The notes under the pieces are model-generated. The model ran no database searches. It was not told where the DNA came from and worked only from the letters and a program-made list of their open reading frames with translations. From positions 96,001 through 160,000 of the forward strand of contig JBFMAF010000028.1 of the NCBI GenBank assembly GCA_040755995.1: a DNA stretch of 64,000 nucleotides, read 5' to 3'. Source of the DNA: Acidobacteriota bacterium. Lineage in GTDB: Bacteria; Acidobacteriota; CAIWXX01. Made by a program: the position numbers and the translations under genes. The stretch's first letter is position 1. Every line of letters starts with the position of its first letter. Positions 33,172-43,476 of this stretch are shown here, piece by piece.

Positions 33172-34815
33172 CTATTCCTTGACCGTGAACGGTACGACGT
33201 TGCTCTTCACGGAGCCGACCTTGACGTAGACGCCGTACTTCTTCCCGCCGACGCAGCCGGTCGGTATAGTGACAGTCAGCTTCGTCGTCGTGGCGTTCTT
33301 CACCGCACCGGCGAGTGCGCCGAAATAGACGGCGTTCCCGCTCGTCGTCGGGCTGAATCCCGAGCCGCAGATGATCGCGGGCTTTCCTGCCTTGGAGGTC
33401 TGGGAGACAATGGAGTCAATCGATACACCCGATGCTTGCAGCTTCGCTGCGAAGCCTTCCCAATCCGTCGAGAAGCGTCTCACAGGCGACCCCCACGTGA
33501 TGTAGCTGGACCCGGCGACACTGAGGTTCCCGCTGGGAGCCAGGGCCAGATCGTGGCCACGGTCTGGACCGGCTCCACCCAGGAATGTGTTCCATCGAAT
33601 TGTGCCGTTGCTGGCGAGCTTCGCCACGAATGCGTCGTCAAGCGCCGTGAACGGCCGCTGCGGAACACCCCAGGTCCAACCGCTGCTCCCCGTGACATAG
33701 ACCTCTCCGCGGCGGTCCACCGTGATGCCATTGCCCGCGTCAGCGGGGCCCGCGCCCAGGAAGGTGTTCCAGATCAGGATGCCGCTGCCGGAGAGCTTCG
33801 CAACGAAGGCGTCCGTATCGGCTGTGTATGCCCTCACCGGCGACCCCCAGGTGTAGCTGCTATTGCCCGTGAGGTAGACGTTTCCGCCGCCGTCCACGGC
33901 AGGATCATGCGCCACCTCGTTCCCGAACGCGCCCAGGAAGGTGTTCCAGATCAGGGTGCCGTTGGATGCCAGCTTCGCCACGAACGCGTCCTGGTACCCC
34001 GTGTATGGCCTTCGCGGCGACCCCCACGTGCCCCAACTGTCGCCGGCGACATAGACGTTACCGATGCCGTCTGCCTCAATTCCAAGACCCCGATCGCCAC
34101 CGGGTCCGCCGAGGAAGGTGTTCCAGATCAGGGAACCATCGCTCGTGAGCTTCGCTATGAAGCTATCATCCTGCCCTGAGTAGGGCCTTACCGGCGAGCC
34201 CCAGTCTTCAACCGTGGTGCCTCCGACATAGATGTTTCCTCCGCCGTCCACCGCGACAGCCGAATTGTCCTCGACTGAGGGCCCGCCGAGGAAGGTGTTC
34301 CAGATCAGGGAACCATCGCCGGCGAGCTCCGCCACGAACATGTCGTCAGTTCCTGTGTAGGGTCTTCTCGGCGACCCCCAGGTGGCGCGGCTCTGGCCGG
34401 CGACGTATATTCTCCCACCCGGGCCCACGGCGATTCCGGTGCCGAGGTCGTCCGATCCTCCGCCCAGGAATGTGTTCCACGTAAGGGCTCCTGTGCACGA
34501 GAACCTGGCGACGTACGCGTCGCTGCCGGATGTATACCGTCTCCGAGGCGTGCCCCACGTTGTGGTGCTCTTGCCGACGACATACACGTTCCCACTCGCG
34601 TCCACCGCGATACCGGTGGCGTCATCACGGAGCGCTCCGCCCAGAAAACTGTTCCAGACGAGCCCGCCTTCCGCGGCGCTGACGCTGTCGAAGCCCTCGG
34701 CGCTCCCCCCCGAACCGGGCTGGCAGACGTCGCCGGCATTCGGCGCACCTGAGGGCAGAGCCAGGCAAACCAGACAGCCGAAGACCATCGTGGCTCCGAG
34801 AACCCGATACCTCAT
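33172..34815 (-). CDS. Secreted SBBP-repeat beta-propeller protein with a C-terminal IPT/TIG-like domain
   Basis: Signal peptide and about seven repeats of WNTFLGG..D.G.GIAVD..GNVYV.G.S..TWG.P. Confidence 0.88.
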   Translation of the reverse strand: MRYRVLGATMVFGCLVCLALPSGAPNAGDVCQPGSGGSAEGFDSVSAAEGGLVWNSFLGGALRDDATGIAVDASGNVYVVGKSTTTWGTPRRRYTSGSDAYVARFSCTGALTWNTFLGGGSDDLGTGIAVGPGGRIYVAGQSRATWGSPRRPYTGTDDMFVAELAGDGSLIWNTFLGGPSVEDNSAVAVDGGGNIYVGGTTVEDWGSPVRPYSGQDDSFIAKLTSDGSLIWNTFLGGPGGDRGLGIEADGIGNVYVAGDSWGTWGSPRRPYTGYQDAFVAKLASNGTLIWNTFLGAFGNEVAHDPAVDGGGNVYLTGNSSYTWGSPVRAYTADTDAFVAKLSGSGILIWNTFLGAGPADAGNGITVDRRGEVYVTGSSGWTWGVPQRPFTALDDAFVAKLASNGTIRWNTFLGGAGPDRGHDLALAPSGNLSVAGSSYITWGSPVRRFSTDWEGFAAKLQASGVSIDSIVSQTSKAGKPAIICGSGFSPTTSGNAVYFGALAGAVKNATTTKLTVTIPTGCVGGKKYGVYVKVGSVKSNVVPFTVKE

Positions 34816-34984
34816 TGTTCTCCTCCTTGCTGGCCCGTTCGGGTCAGAGATCCCAAATCATGCACCAGAGGCAGCTCGCAACCACCGAGCATATCATCAA
34901 CAGCTCGAACCCAATGTTACGCAGGCCCCATCTCATCGGTCTGACCCTGCCAGCAATCCCGCGGAGCGTACCGAGGAGGGGTGG

Positions 34985-37255
34985 CTAGTGACGCGACCCC
35001 TGTGAGGTACGTCCGGGCGAGCCGCCGCCCTTGGCCACGAACTGAAAGTCCGCCAGGCCCGTCTCCTGGATGTCGTGAATGGTATCGTCGGCCGACACGA
35101 CCAGGCTGTACCTCCCTGGACTCAGCTCCGGAAGACGAATGCTGAAGAGCATCTCCGCTGCCCCGCCGGGGTCCGTGTTGAGGCTGACCAACTCGGCGCC
35201 GGGCTGCCCGAGCGCTTCGCCGGTCTGGCTTCGCACCTGCCACGTGAGTCGGACCAGAGGCCGGCCGGTGGCGGCGTCGATTGGAGCATCGTAGAGCTTG
35301 ATGAGCAAAGGGTAGCTCGCACCGGGCGTGCACTGCGGCACGGACGCTGCCACCAAAGGTTTCGATCGAAATGTCAGCGGGTACTCCTGCCGAACGCCGC
35401 CAGGTTCAGCCGGGGGCTCGGTCCAGTACCTCCCCCTGACGCTCAGCACCCCGCCACCGGTGGAGACAAAGCACGGAGTGACCATGTGGAGCCGCGGCTC
35501 GTCGAATCGCGGGACGCTCACCTGGCGGCTGCACAGTCCCGTCAGTCCCGACACCGGATCGCGAACGATCACCTTCAGGGAGTACTCGCCAGGGCTGAGC
35601 TCCAGCCCTTCAGTGTAGGAGATGCCGCCGTTCGAAGCGCGCTGGAAAGCGGCATCATCGCTGAAGTCCGGAATCGCGTGGAAGAAGCCCCGCGTATTCT
35701 CCGACGCGTCGATGGCGAATGCATAGATCTCCACTCGGCGCTGAGCCAGATGCTGCACCTGGTCCCCGGGCACGCCGACCTGGACCACAGCGAGTGCTCT
35801 TCCGCCGGAAGCCCCGCCTCTTGGCGGGAAACAATATGTCGCAGTCGAGAGCGCCATGCCGTCCAGATCGACGCCGAGATTCACGAGACGCGCGATGTGA
35901 AGGTCCTTCTCAAGAGGTGTGTAGGCCGAGAAGGGCTTCGTGTCGTAGTAGCCGCGGCGGTAGGAGATGTCGAGCCCAGGGCGAGTCACTTCGACCTTGA
36001 TCTGGTGGAACGCATCCGGGGGTCTGCCGCCAGGCGGAGTGTACGTGAGGAGGTAGTACTGCTGCGTATCCGCCACCACGCGCGCCAGCGGCTTCGTGAG
36101 GTCGTTGGTGTTCATGATGAGTTCGCCGCCGGCTTCCGATGCCATGAACCCCAACGCCGCCTGGTGATCAGCTCGGACGACCGAATTTATCCCCGCGACA
36201 AGGCCGGATTGGTTGGAGCTTTCCGAGGCGTCGAGGCCCGATGGGTCGATGCAGTAGAGCCGGCAGTCGGAGCCGGCGAACGCGGCCATGGCAGTGGCAA
36301 CGGCATCGGCGACGGCTGTCTCGATCTTGGGCATGAAGCGATCCATCGTAAACACGAATCTGCGGTTGGTGTCATGTCGCAATTCGGTCTCGCGGTTGCT
36401 GGTGAAGCCGGTTGTGGAGTCGAAGCCGGTCGAGAATAGGAGCACGATCTTGCGTCCGGGGAGCACGTTCAATGACGATGCGAGACTTCGAAGGTCTTCG
36501 GCATAGTCGCGGACTGTCAGCCGATACGTGTCACGGTCGAACCGGTTGATCGCGACAAAATGCTCCGGGTTGGAGTACATCCCATAGAAGTGCCCCACCA
36601 TTATCTCGGTGATCCCGTCTCGCATGCGTCCAGGCAGGCCGGGTCCTTCGCCAGTTCCTTCCGCCTCAATCTCGTCCGGCAGGGGGTAGTTGGCCATGCC
36701 GGCGGAGCGGGCGGCGGCATCGGAGTCCTTCCGAGCCCCCAGGGTGGCCAGCGCGTGCATGATCTGCCAGCGATCGGACGTGAAATTGGTGCACAGGCTC
36801 ACACCGTGCGATCGCGTGATCGAGAAGACCGCCACGGGGCTCTCGCTGGGGATCTGGCGCTGCACCATATCCCACGCAGCGTCCCGAGCCTTCTCGATCG
36901 CGGAGGCCTCGTTGTAGACCAGGTCGAAGAGCAGGACGAAGTGCCTCTGGAGGGCCGGCTGGGCGCCCACGACCCGCGGTAGCGCCGCCCCGGCTGCCGT
37001 CTCATCCGTTGCGATGCCAGAGGAGAGAACCACCAGGTCCGCCGATTGAATCTCCTGAGGCTTGCCATCTTCGAGAAGACGGAACTCGCTGAGTTTCAGA
37101 TCGCTCACAGGGCGGCCGTCAGGTCCGGTCACATAGACAGGCACCTCGACCGCAAGTACCCGGGCCTCTTCCTGCGGACTGGTGTCCTCCGCAAGCAGAA
37201 ACCCCAATCCCCCGGCCACCAAGACCGCCACACTCAGCAGGCTCATCAGTCGCAT
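34985..37255 (-). CDS. VWA-related protein of the Acidobacteria-type family
   Basis: Signal peptide, VEVPVYVTGPDGRPVSDL..EF.L.EDGKPQ, GRKIVLLFSTG and YYLLTYTP...FHQIKVEV...RRGYY. Confidence 0.85.
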   Translation of the reverse strand: MRLMSLLSVAVLVAGGLGFLLAEDTSPQEEARVLAVEVPVYVTGPDGRPVSDLKLSEFRLLEDGKPQEIQSADLVVLSSGIATDETAAGAALPRVVGAQPALQRHFVLLFDLVYNEASAIEKARDAAWDMVQRQIPSESPVAVFSITRSHGVSLCTNFTSDRWQIMHALATLGARKDSDAAARSAGMANYPLPDEIEAEGTGEGPGLPGRMRDGITEIMVGHFYGMYSNPEHFVAINRFDRDTYRLTVRDYAEDLRSLASSLNVLPGRKIVLLFSTGFDSTTGFTSNRETELRHDTNRRFVFTMDRFMPKIETAVADAVATAMAAFAGSDCRLYCIDPSGLDASESSNQSGLVAGINSVVRADHQAALGFMASEAGGELIMNTNDLTKPLARVVADTQQYYLLTYTPPGGRPPDAFHQIKVEVTRPGLDISYRRGYYDTKPFSAYTPLEKDLHIARLVNLGVDLDGMALSTATYCFPPRGGASGGRALAVVQVGVPGDQVQHLAQRRVEIYAFAIDASENTRGFFHAIPDFSDDAAFQRASNGGISYTEGLELSPGEYSLKVIVRDPVSGLTGLCSRQVSVPRFDEPRLHMVTPCFVSTGGGVLSVRGRYWTEPPAEPGGVRQEYPLTFRSKPLVAASVPQCTPGASYPLLIKLYDAPIDAATGRPLVRLTWQVRSQTGEALGQPGAELVSLNTDPGGAAEMLFSIRLPELSPGRYSLVVSADDTIHDIQETGLADFQFVAKGGGSPGRTSQGSRH

Positions 37256-37303
37256 GCTCGAATCCTCCCCTGAGAGGTCACCCGATGATAACACTCTACG
37301 ACT

Positions 37304-37333
37304 CATGATAGCAGAATGGGTGGGATGCGCAAG
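37304..37333 (-). promoter_or_regulatory. Promoter-like element, copy 1 of a 30-bp duplicate
   Basis: TTGCGC-N16-TATCAT with an extended -10 TG; 28/30 identical to 38121-38150. Confidence 0.6.
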
Positions 37334-37439
37334 GTCGCGCGAGGAAGGAAACGGCCAGCCAGGTGGGACTACCGCGCGAGGCAGTCCTTCGATCCGGTAC
37401 TCCCTGCTGCGGGTCCGGATCGTGAGCTGCCGGACGAGG

Positions 37440-38105
37440 CTACTTCTTCCGCTTCTTCTCCTTCGGGGCCCAGCGGTGGGCGTCGAGCGCCTGCACTACG
37501 CGCTCTCGAATGCGGGGGCTGACGTCCTCGTCGTTGGCCAGACTGATGAGCGGGTCTTTGGCCCGGGGATCTCCGATCTGGTCGAGGCACTCGATCGCGG
37601 CCAGGCGCAGGCTGTCGTCGTAACTCTGGAGGTAGGCGATGGCGGGCTCGATCGCCCGTGGATCTCTCATTTCCGTCAGCACCGACAGGACCGGCGTGAT
37701 CTGATTGGGGCGGGCCGAATGCGGCCCCACGTCTCTCAGCACCGACATGAGCTCGTCCACCAGCGCGTCTCCGCTGAGGATCTCCCTCAGGCAATCGATA
37801 GCGAGGACCGCATCGGCCTCGCGGCGTATGAACTTGCGAATGCCTGGCAGGGCCTTGTCCCGCATCTGTACGATGAGATCCTGAACGTGACGCTTCTCCT
37901 GCAGGTCCTCCGATATCTTCTCCGAGACAGCCAGGAATCGTCTGAGCAGCCCGTAGACTGCGTCGTCGGTGCCGATCTCAGCAAGCGCATCCGCCGCCGA
38001 CCATCGCTCTTCGCTCGGGCCGTATCGCTCGCACAGCTTCCGGATCAGGCCATCGGTTCGGCGTCTCTTCCGGCCCTCAGCGGACAGCAGATCCTTTATG
38101 CTCAT
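37440..38105 (-). CDS. HEAT repeat protein
   Basis: RWSAADALAEIG and LRLAAIECLDQIGDPRA. Confidence 0.8.
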   Translation of the reverse strand: MSIKDLLSAEGRKRRRTDGLIRKLCERYGPSEERWSAADALAEIGTDDAVYGLLRRFLAVSEKISEDLQEKRHVQDLIVQMRDKALPGIRKFIRREADAVLAIDCLREILSGDALVDELMSVLRDVGPHSARPNQITPVLSVLTEMRDPRAIEPAIAYLQSYDDSLRLAAIECLDQIGDPRAKDPLISLANDEDVSPRIRERVVQALDAHRWAPKEKKRKK

Positions 38106-38120
38106 GGACTCTCCGCGCTG

Positions 38121-38150
38121 CATGATAGCAGAATGGGTGAGACGCGCAAG
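38121..38150 (-). promoter_or_regulatory. Promoter-like element, copy 2 of a 30-bp duplicate
   Basis: Same as 37304-37333. Confidence 0.6.
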
Positions 38151-38490
38151 CGCGAGAAGAGACCGTCACTATCAACCGGCGGTTGACGGTTCATAACCCG
38201 GTTTATGACCTTCGGGATGGCTTCATGGCCGGACGCTCACCGGACTCGCCGTAGTATCAACGGGTTGACATGAGAGGGACTAGCGGATCCGGAGTTGGCA
38301 TGAACGCTGCAATTGAGAGACGATGTGTAGATTTGACAAACCAGCGGGCTAATGACACTCTTTCGAACGTCGGCAAGTGGGGAAGGAACGGGTCGCGCCC
38401 CCATGACTTGATAGCAGGTGCGAGGATGATCCAGGGATGTTTTCGTGCAGTTCGCATTCCGCGGTGAGGCGGGGTCGTGGAGGTGCGCGC

Positions 38491-40272
38491 ATGAAAGACG
38501 TCGCGAAGGTCAAGGAGGAGCTCGCGGGGGTGCTTGCGGACATGCGCCACAGAATTGCCGAGCTGGAGGCCGCCGCCGCGGTCTACAAGAAGACTGAGGA
38601 GGAGCTGAGGGCGCTGAAGTGGGCGGTCGAACACATGCAGATCGGGGTCACAATCTCGAACGGGCGAGGCCAGATCATTTACACCAACCCGGCTGAAGCG
38701 AGGATACACGGGTATCAAGTCGATGAGCTGATCGGGAGGGACGCTCGCTGTTTCGCGCCCCCGGAGACATGGCGGCCGCTCACGCGCGACCGCATGAAGG
38801 AGGTCCAGAGCCTGAGGCGCGAGACGGTCAATGTGCGGAAAGACGGCACGCGCTTCCCTGTCCGCCTGCTCTCGGATGTACTCACGGACAGTGGAGGCGA
38901 ACCGATCGGCATGGTGACCACATGCGAAGACATCACGGAGCGGAAACGCGTCGAGGAAGAGCTGCAATTGGCGCATGAGGAGCTGGAGCGACGAGTTCAG
39001 TCGCGGACGGCCGAGCTGTCGAAGACGATCGCTGTGCTGAAGGAGCAGATTGCGGAGCGGAAGCGGGCCGAGGACGCGATGCAGAGGATGCAATCGCAGC
39101 TGCTGCAGGCCCAGAAGATGGAAGCTGTCGGCACGCTTGCAGGGGGTGTGGCACACGATTTCAACAACCTGTTGACGGCGATCCAGGGGCACCTGGAGAT
39201 GGCCATGTTGCGGATACAAGAGTCGGATCCGCTGTACCGCGATCTCAAGAAGACGCGGCTCTCGGCCACGCGCGCCGCAGACCTCACCCGCAAACTGTTG
39301 CTCTTCAGCCGCAGGCAGCCCATGGAGTTCACCTCGGTCAGCATCAACAAGACCATAGAGAACTTCATGCGAATCCTGGACCGGCTGATCGGAGAGGACA
39401 TTGCAGTGGAGACCAGACTGGCGCCGGACATCTGGCCGCTGTGGGCCGATGAAGGCACCATCGAACAGGTGATCATGAACCTCGTGCTGAACGCGAGGGA
39501 TGCCATGCCGGAGGGGGGCAAGATCACGATAGAGACGAAGAACGCGACGCTCACCGAGGAAGACTGCGCGGACACCTCCGAGGCGCGCCCGGGCAGGTTC
39601 GTGCGCCTGGCAGTCGCGGATACCGGCGTCGGGATGGGCCAGTCCGTTCTGTCGCACATCTTCGAGCCGTTCTTCACCACGAAGGAGGCCGGGAAGGGCA
39701 CCGGCCTTGGTCTCTCCGTCGTATACGGGATTGTCAAGCAGCACGGCGGGTGGGTCTGCGTTCTGACTGCGCCGGGAGCCGGCTCGGAGTTCGTCGTCTA
39801 CATCCCCAGCCTGCACGCGAAGCCTGCGGAGGCTCCGGAGGAGGTCACGAGCTTGGAGGGACTGCAGGGCAACGGCGAGTGCGTCCTGCTGGTAGAGGAC
39901 GAGGCCGGGGTCCTCGAAGTGGCCGGGCGCGCTTTGCGCGAAAACGGATATACGGTGCTGGAGGCGACGAGCTTCGCCGAGGCCGTCGATATGTATCGGG
40001 CGCAGGACAAGCAGATCAAGCTGCTGTTCAGCGACGTGGTCCTCCCCGACAAGAGCGGCGTGCAACTCGCCGATGAGCTGCTCTCAATGAACCGCCGGCT
40101 CAAGGTGCTCCTGACCAGCGGCTACACCGAGCAGAGGTCGCAGGCAAGACAGATCCGGGACCGAGGTATTCGCTTCCTCCCGAAGCCGTACTCCCTCACC
40201 GACCTGCTGCGTACGGTGAAGGAGATTGTCGAATCCGGAGGGGAGCCCGCCAGCGAGCCGGCGTCAGCCTGA
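38491..40272 (+). CDS. PAS hybrid sensor histidine kinase/response regulator
   Basis: PAS/PAC, AHDFNNLL, NARDAM, DTGVG, GKGTGLGL and a C-terminal REC domain. Confidence 0.95.
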   Translation: MKDVAKVKEELAGVLADMRHRIAELEAAAAVYKKTEEELRALKWAVEHMQIGVTISNGRGQIIYTNPAEARIHGYQVDELIGRDARCFAPPETWRPLTRDRMKEVQSLRRETVNVRKDGTRFPVRLLSDVLTDSGGEPIGMVTTCEDITERKRVEEELQLAHEELERRVQSRTAELSKTIAVLKEQIAERKRAEDAMQRMQSQLLQAQKMEAVGTLAGGVAHDFNNLLTAIQGHLEMAMLRIQESDPLYRDLKKTRLSATRAADLTRKLLLFSRRQPMEFTSVSINKTIENFMRILDRLIGEDIAVETRLAPDIWPLWADEGTIEQVIMNLVLNARDAMPEGGKITIETKNATLTEEDCADTSEARPGRFVRLAVADTGVGMGQSVLSHIFEPFFTTKEAGKGTGLGLSVVYGIVKQHGGWVCVLTAPGAGSEFVVYIPSLHAKPAEAPEEVTSLEGLQGNGECVLLVEDEAGVLEVAGRALRENGYTVLEATSFAEAVDMYRAQDKQIKLLFSDVVLPDKSGVQLADELLSMNRRLKVLLTSGYTEQRSQARQIRDRGIRFLPKPYSLTDLLRTVKEIVESGGEPASEPASA

Positions 40273-40599
40273 TCCCGAACCCGGCGCCCCCGGCGTCTGT
40301 TGTGATAAGCCGCCGGTTGGGAGAAGACGGAATGCGGCCCTCACCTTCCGATTCAGCGCCCATCACCCTTGGTTGCCGGGCGTGGTCTACGAGGTGAACT
40401 CGATCTCAACCGCAGACCCTGCGCCTGACGGACGCCCGCCAGTGTTGACGTCCACGTCCACAAATGCGAGGGTGATGACTTCGGAGTACGCTACCGTCGC
40501 ATCGACGCCACCCGAGATGCGTGGCGTCTGAATTTCGAATAGAATATAATCAAGTGCTTGTAGGAAATTGGAAAAGGGCACGCGGACCGAAGTAATGTC

Positions 40600-41685
40600 A
40601 TGACGAGCACGCCGAGAAGAGGCGGTCCTCCTTCAAAGGAGGTCCTGGAGCTCTCCCGCAAGGGCGATCAGTTTCTGAAACAGCAGCGGTATGAGGATGC
40701 TGAAGACGCCTTCATGAAGGCGCTGGCCGTCGATCGTGAGAATCCATATGTCCTTGTGGGCCTGGGCGATCTCTACCGGCAGACCAAGGAGTTCCACAGG
40801 TCGATCGACTTTTACTCGCGCGTGCTCGCTACCGACCCCGCCAACATCTTCGCGCTGCGCGGCATCGGCGATTCCTACCGCGGGTTGAACCAGCCCAGCA
40901 AGGCAATCGGCTACTGGGAGCGATACCTCACGCACAACCCCGACGACTACCGCGTAATGACGCGGCTCGGGGATGCCCACAAGAGGCTCAAGCGGTTCGC
41001 CGAGTCCGAGTCTTATTACAAGCAGTCGATATCGCTGAATTCCACCAATAGCTACGCGCTCATGGGCATAGGTGACCTCTACTTCAAATGGCAACGGTAC
41101 GATCAGGCGTTGGAGTTCTTCGACAGGCTCCTTGCCATCGATGGCAGCTTCGTCAATATCCTCACGATGGCCGGCAACATCTGCCGATGGAAGAAGGAGT
41201 ACGCCAGGGCGAAGGGGTACTACGAACGCACGCTGAGGATCGAGCCGGAAAACGTGTATGCCGTAGTCGGCATGGCCGATTGCGCGCGCGGCGAGAACGC
41301 TTGCGCAGAGGCAATCGGCTGGTGGTCAAAGGCGCTGAAGAGAGAACCCGACAACCAGATGCTCCTTTCCCGGATCGGGGACGCACACCTGAATCTCGGC
41401 GAGCTCTCGCAGGCCGAGGCCTGTTTCACGAGGAGCCTGGAGATCGGATTCGATCCGTGGGCGCTGCTGGGGATGTCGCGGCTGCGCCGCGCGCAGGGAC
41501 AGCACCAGGCGGCAATCGACGCGTGTGGACAGATCCTCCAGCGGCTGCCTCAGCATGCACGTGCGCTCGAAGAGATCGTCAATGCACTTGTCGAATCTGG
41601 CGATGAGGCGAGGGCCCGGGAGTATCAGGCCAGGCTCGGAGCCCTTCGCCCGGAGGCGCCCGAGCAGCCGGAGAGTCTCCCGTAG
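40600..41685 (+). CDS. Tetratricopeptide repeat protein
   Basis: Consecutive 34-aa TPR motifs. Confidence 0.9.
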   Translation: MTSTPRRGGPPSKEVLELSRKGDQFLKQQRYEDAEDAFMKALAVDRENPYVLVGLGDLYRQTKEFHRSIDFYSRVLATDPANIFALRGIGDSYRGLNQPSKAIGYWERYLTHNPDDYRVMTRLGDAHKRLKRFAESESYYKQSISLNSTNSYALMGIGDLYFKWQRYDQALEFFDRLLAIDGSFVNILTMAGNICRWKKEYARAKGYYERTLRIEPENVYAVVGMADCARGENACAEAIGWWSKALKREPDNQMLLSRIGDAHLNLGELSQAEACFTRSLEIGFDPWALLGMSRLRRAQGQHQAAIDACGQILQRLPQHARALEEIVNALVESGDEARAREYQARLGALRPEAPEQPESLP

Positions 41686-41809
41686 GAGCTGCCGGCAGGG
41701 ATCCCGGGCCAGGGGCCCCTGCGGCTCCTCCAGTTCTTCGCCAGGCTCACGACTGGCAATTGGCGCCGGGGCGCCCGGGCTCCGCGGCCCTGCGGCCCTG
41801 CCGGCGAAA

Positions 41810-41838
41810 TTGACAACCCTCTGCCCCGATGGTATTTT
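41810..41838 (+). promoter_or_regulatory. Sigma70 promoter of tRNA-Arg
   Basis: TTGACA-N17-TATTTT, 10 nt upstream of the tRNA. Confidence 0.65.
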
Positions 41839-41848
41839 CTACGCCGTT

Positions 41849-41925
41849 GCGCGTGTAGCTCAGTTGGATAGAGCAGAGGTTTCCTAAACCTCGCGCCGGG
41901 GGTTCAAGTCCCTCCACGCGCGCCA
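41849..41925 (+). tRNA. tRNA-Arg (CCT)
   Basis: Acceptor stem GCGCGTG/CACGCGC, anticodon arm GAGGT-TTCCTAA-ACCTC, GGTTCAAGTCC T-loop and encoded CCA. Confidence 0.96.
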
Positions 41926-41948
41926 AGCTGCCGGTGTATGGAGGATCG

Positions 41949-42665
41949 ATGAAGGCGGAAGTCAGACACAAGATGAAGCAGGACGAGTTCGTGAGCCTCT
42001 TTTCGCGGGTCACCTCCGCCGTCGCCGACAACCCCCGGCAGACCATCACGGCCCTCGCCATCGTTCTGGCACTGGTGGCGCTCTTCTTCGGTGCGGCAGC
42101 GTACCGGCGGGCGCAGATGAACAAGGCCAACATGCTCTTCCAGCAGGGGATGAACAGCTACTATGGTCAGCGCCTCGATGTACCACCACCCTCCAAGGAC
42201 GCCAAGCCGTCCCCCGACTACCGCGCGGCTCTGGCCAAGTTCAAGGAGGTGAGCGGCTACCGCCTCACGCCGCTCCGCGAACCGGCCCGTCTGATGACCG
42301 CAGTCTGTGAGGCGAAACTCAATCGGCAGAATGAGGCCAAGGCGGCGCTCGATGGTCTTTCGAAGGGTGCCCAGGACAGCTTCTACGGTCGCATGGCACG
42401 GTTTCTGCTGGCAGATGCCCTGTATCAGGCCGGCAAGTACGCCGAAGCGGCCAGGGCTTACGCCGAGCTGTCGCAGACGAACGATCCCAACTTCCCCACG
42501 GACTGCGCGTTGCTGGCTGCCGGGATGTCACAGGATCGCGCGGGCGACCGCGCCGCCGCCGTTGCGACCTTCAAGAAACTGAAGATTCAGTACCCGCTCT
42601 CATCATGCGCGAGCACGGCAGACGAAGAAATCCGGCGATTGGCCCCGGACCAGGCCGAGCAGTAG
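41949..42665 (+). CDS. YfgM-like membrane-anchored TPR protein
   Basis: RHKMKQDEF, a single TM helix, then TPRs. Confidence 0.75.
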   Translation: MKAEVRHKMKQDEFVSLFSRVTSAVADNPRQTITALAIVLALVALFFGAAAYRRAQMNKANMLFQQGMNSYYGQRLDVPPPSKDAKPSPDYRAALAKFKEVSGYRLTPLREPARLMTAVCEAKLNRQNEAKAALDGLSKGAQDSFYGRMARFLLADALYQAGKYAEAARAYAELSQTNDPNFPTDCALLAAGMSQDRAGDRAAAVATFKKLKIQYPLSSCASTADEEIRRLAPDQAEQ

Positions 42666-42827
42666 AACGCCGGACGGGCTGAGCATCTCGACTGACCCGT
42701 GCCAGCCGGAAGGGCCGGCCAATCGGCCTTCGGCGGCCGGCGACCAACCACTCCGGCGCGCGATGAGCCGGAGAGGTCGGCCGGGAGCGCAGTGAGCCCG
42801 GCGCACCGTTTTCTTTTTGGCGTACGC

Positions 42828-42857
42828 TTGACACGCTGTTTACGTTTGTAGTATAGT
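42828..42857 (+). promoter_or_regulatory. Promoter with a BlaI-type operator-like site
   Basis: TTGACA-N18-TATAGT; the spacer holds TACG-TT-TGTA, close to the TACA-NN-TGTA box. Confidence 0.55.
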
Positions 42858-42934
42858 CCGGCTCGCTTGCTTATGTGATGTTCCCTGGAAGGGAGAAAAG
42901 GCGCCTTTGTCGAACTGGCCAGGAAGGATGAGTC

Positions 42935-43234
42935 ATGGCGAAATCTGACAAGAGACTTCTGCGCGATCTGGAACTTGAGGTCATGAATGAGATCTGGCGT
43001 ATGAAGAAGCTGCCGTTGCGCGGAGTGTTCGCCGAGATCGTGAAGCGGCGGAAGATCGCCTACACGACCGTCGCGACGGTGGTGGAGCGACTGGTGGTGA
43101 AGGGATTCATCAAGCGCCATGACGACCAGCCCATCTATCACTACTCGGCGAACATCAGTCAGAAGGAAGTCGTCGGGGCCTTCGTAAACCACATCAAGAA
43201 CCATATCTACGAAGGCCGGAAGTACCTTCACTAG
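42935..43234 (+). CDS. BlaI/MecI/CopY family transcriptional regulator
   Basis: LELEVMNEIW...AYTTVATVVERLVVKG. Confidence 0.92.
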   Translation: MAKSDKRLLRDLELEVMNEIWRMKKLPLRGVFAEIVKRRKIAYTTVATVVERLVVKGFIKRHDDQPIYHYSANISQKEVVGAFVNHIKNHIYEGRKYLH

Positions 43235-43476
43235 GCGCGTCCTGGCCGATGCCGCGACTACGTATTATCGGTTGGCGATCGGTCGTCCGTGGGCCGGGGC
43301 GGACCGATACGTCGTCGTCTACGTTCACGGGCGCAGGTGCGATGCCGCGGGAACAGGGCGTCTCGTGCCCGGTTGTGCCGGCAGCGGCCGCCGGGTAAGA
43401 TAATCGTGGCATGGGTGTCGAGAGGGCTGGGAGGTTGAGGCTTATGTGCAATGTGCGATTCGCAGGAGCAGGCGGG

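Noticed and set aside
41849..41925. tRNA as an integration site
   Set aside because: No integrase or duplicated tRNA 3' end was seen.
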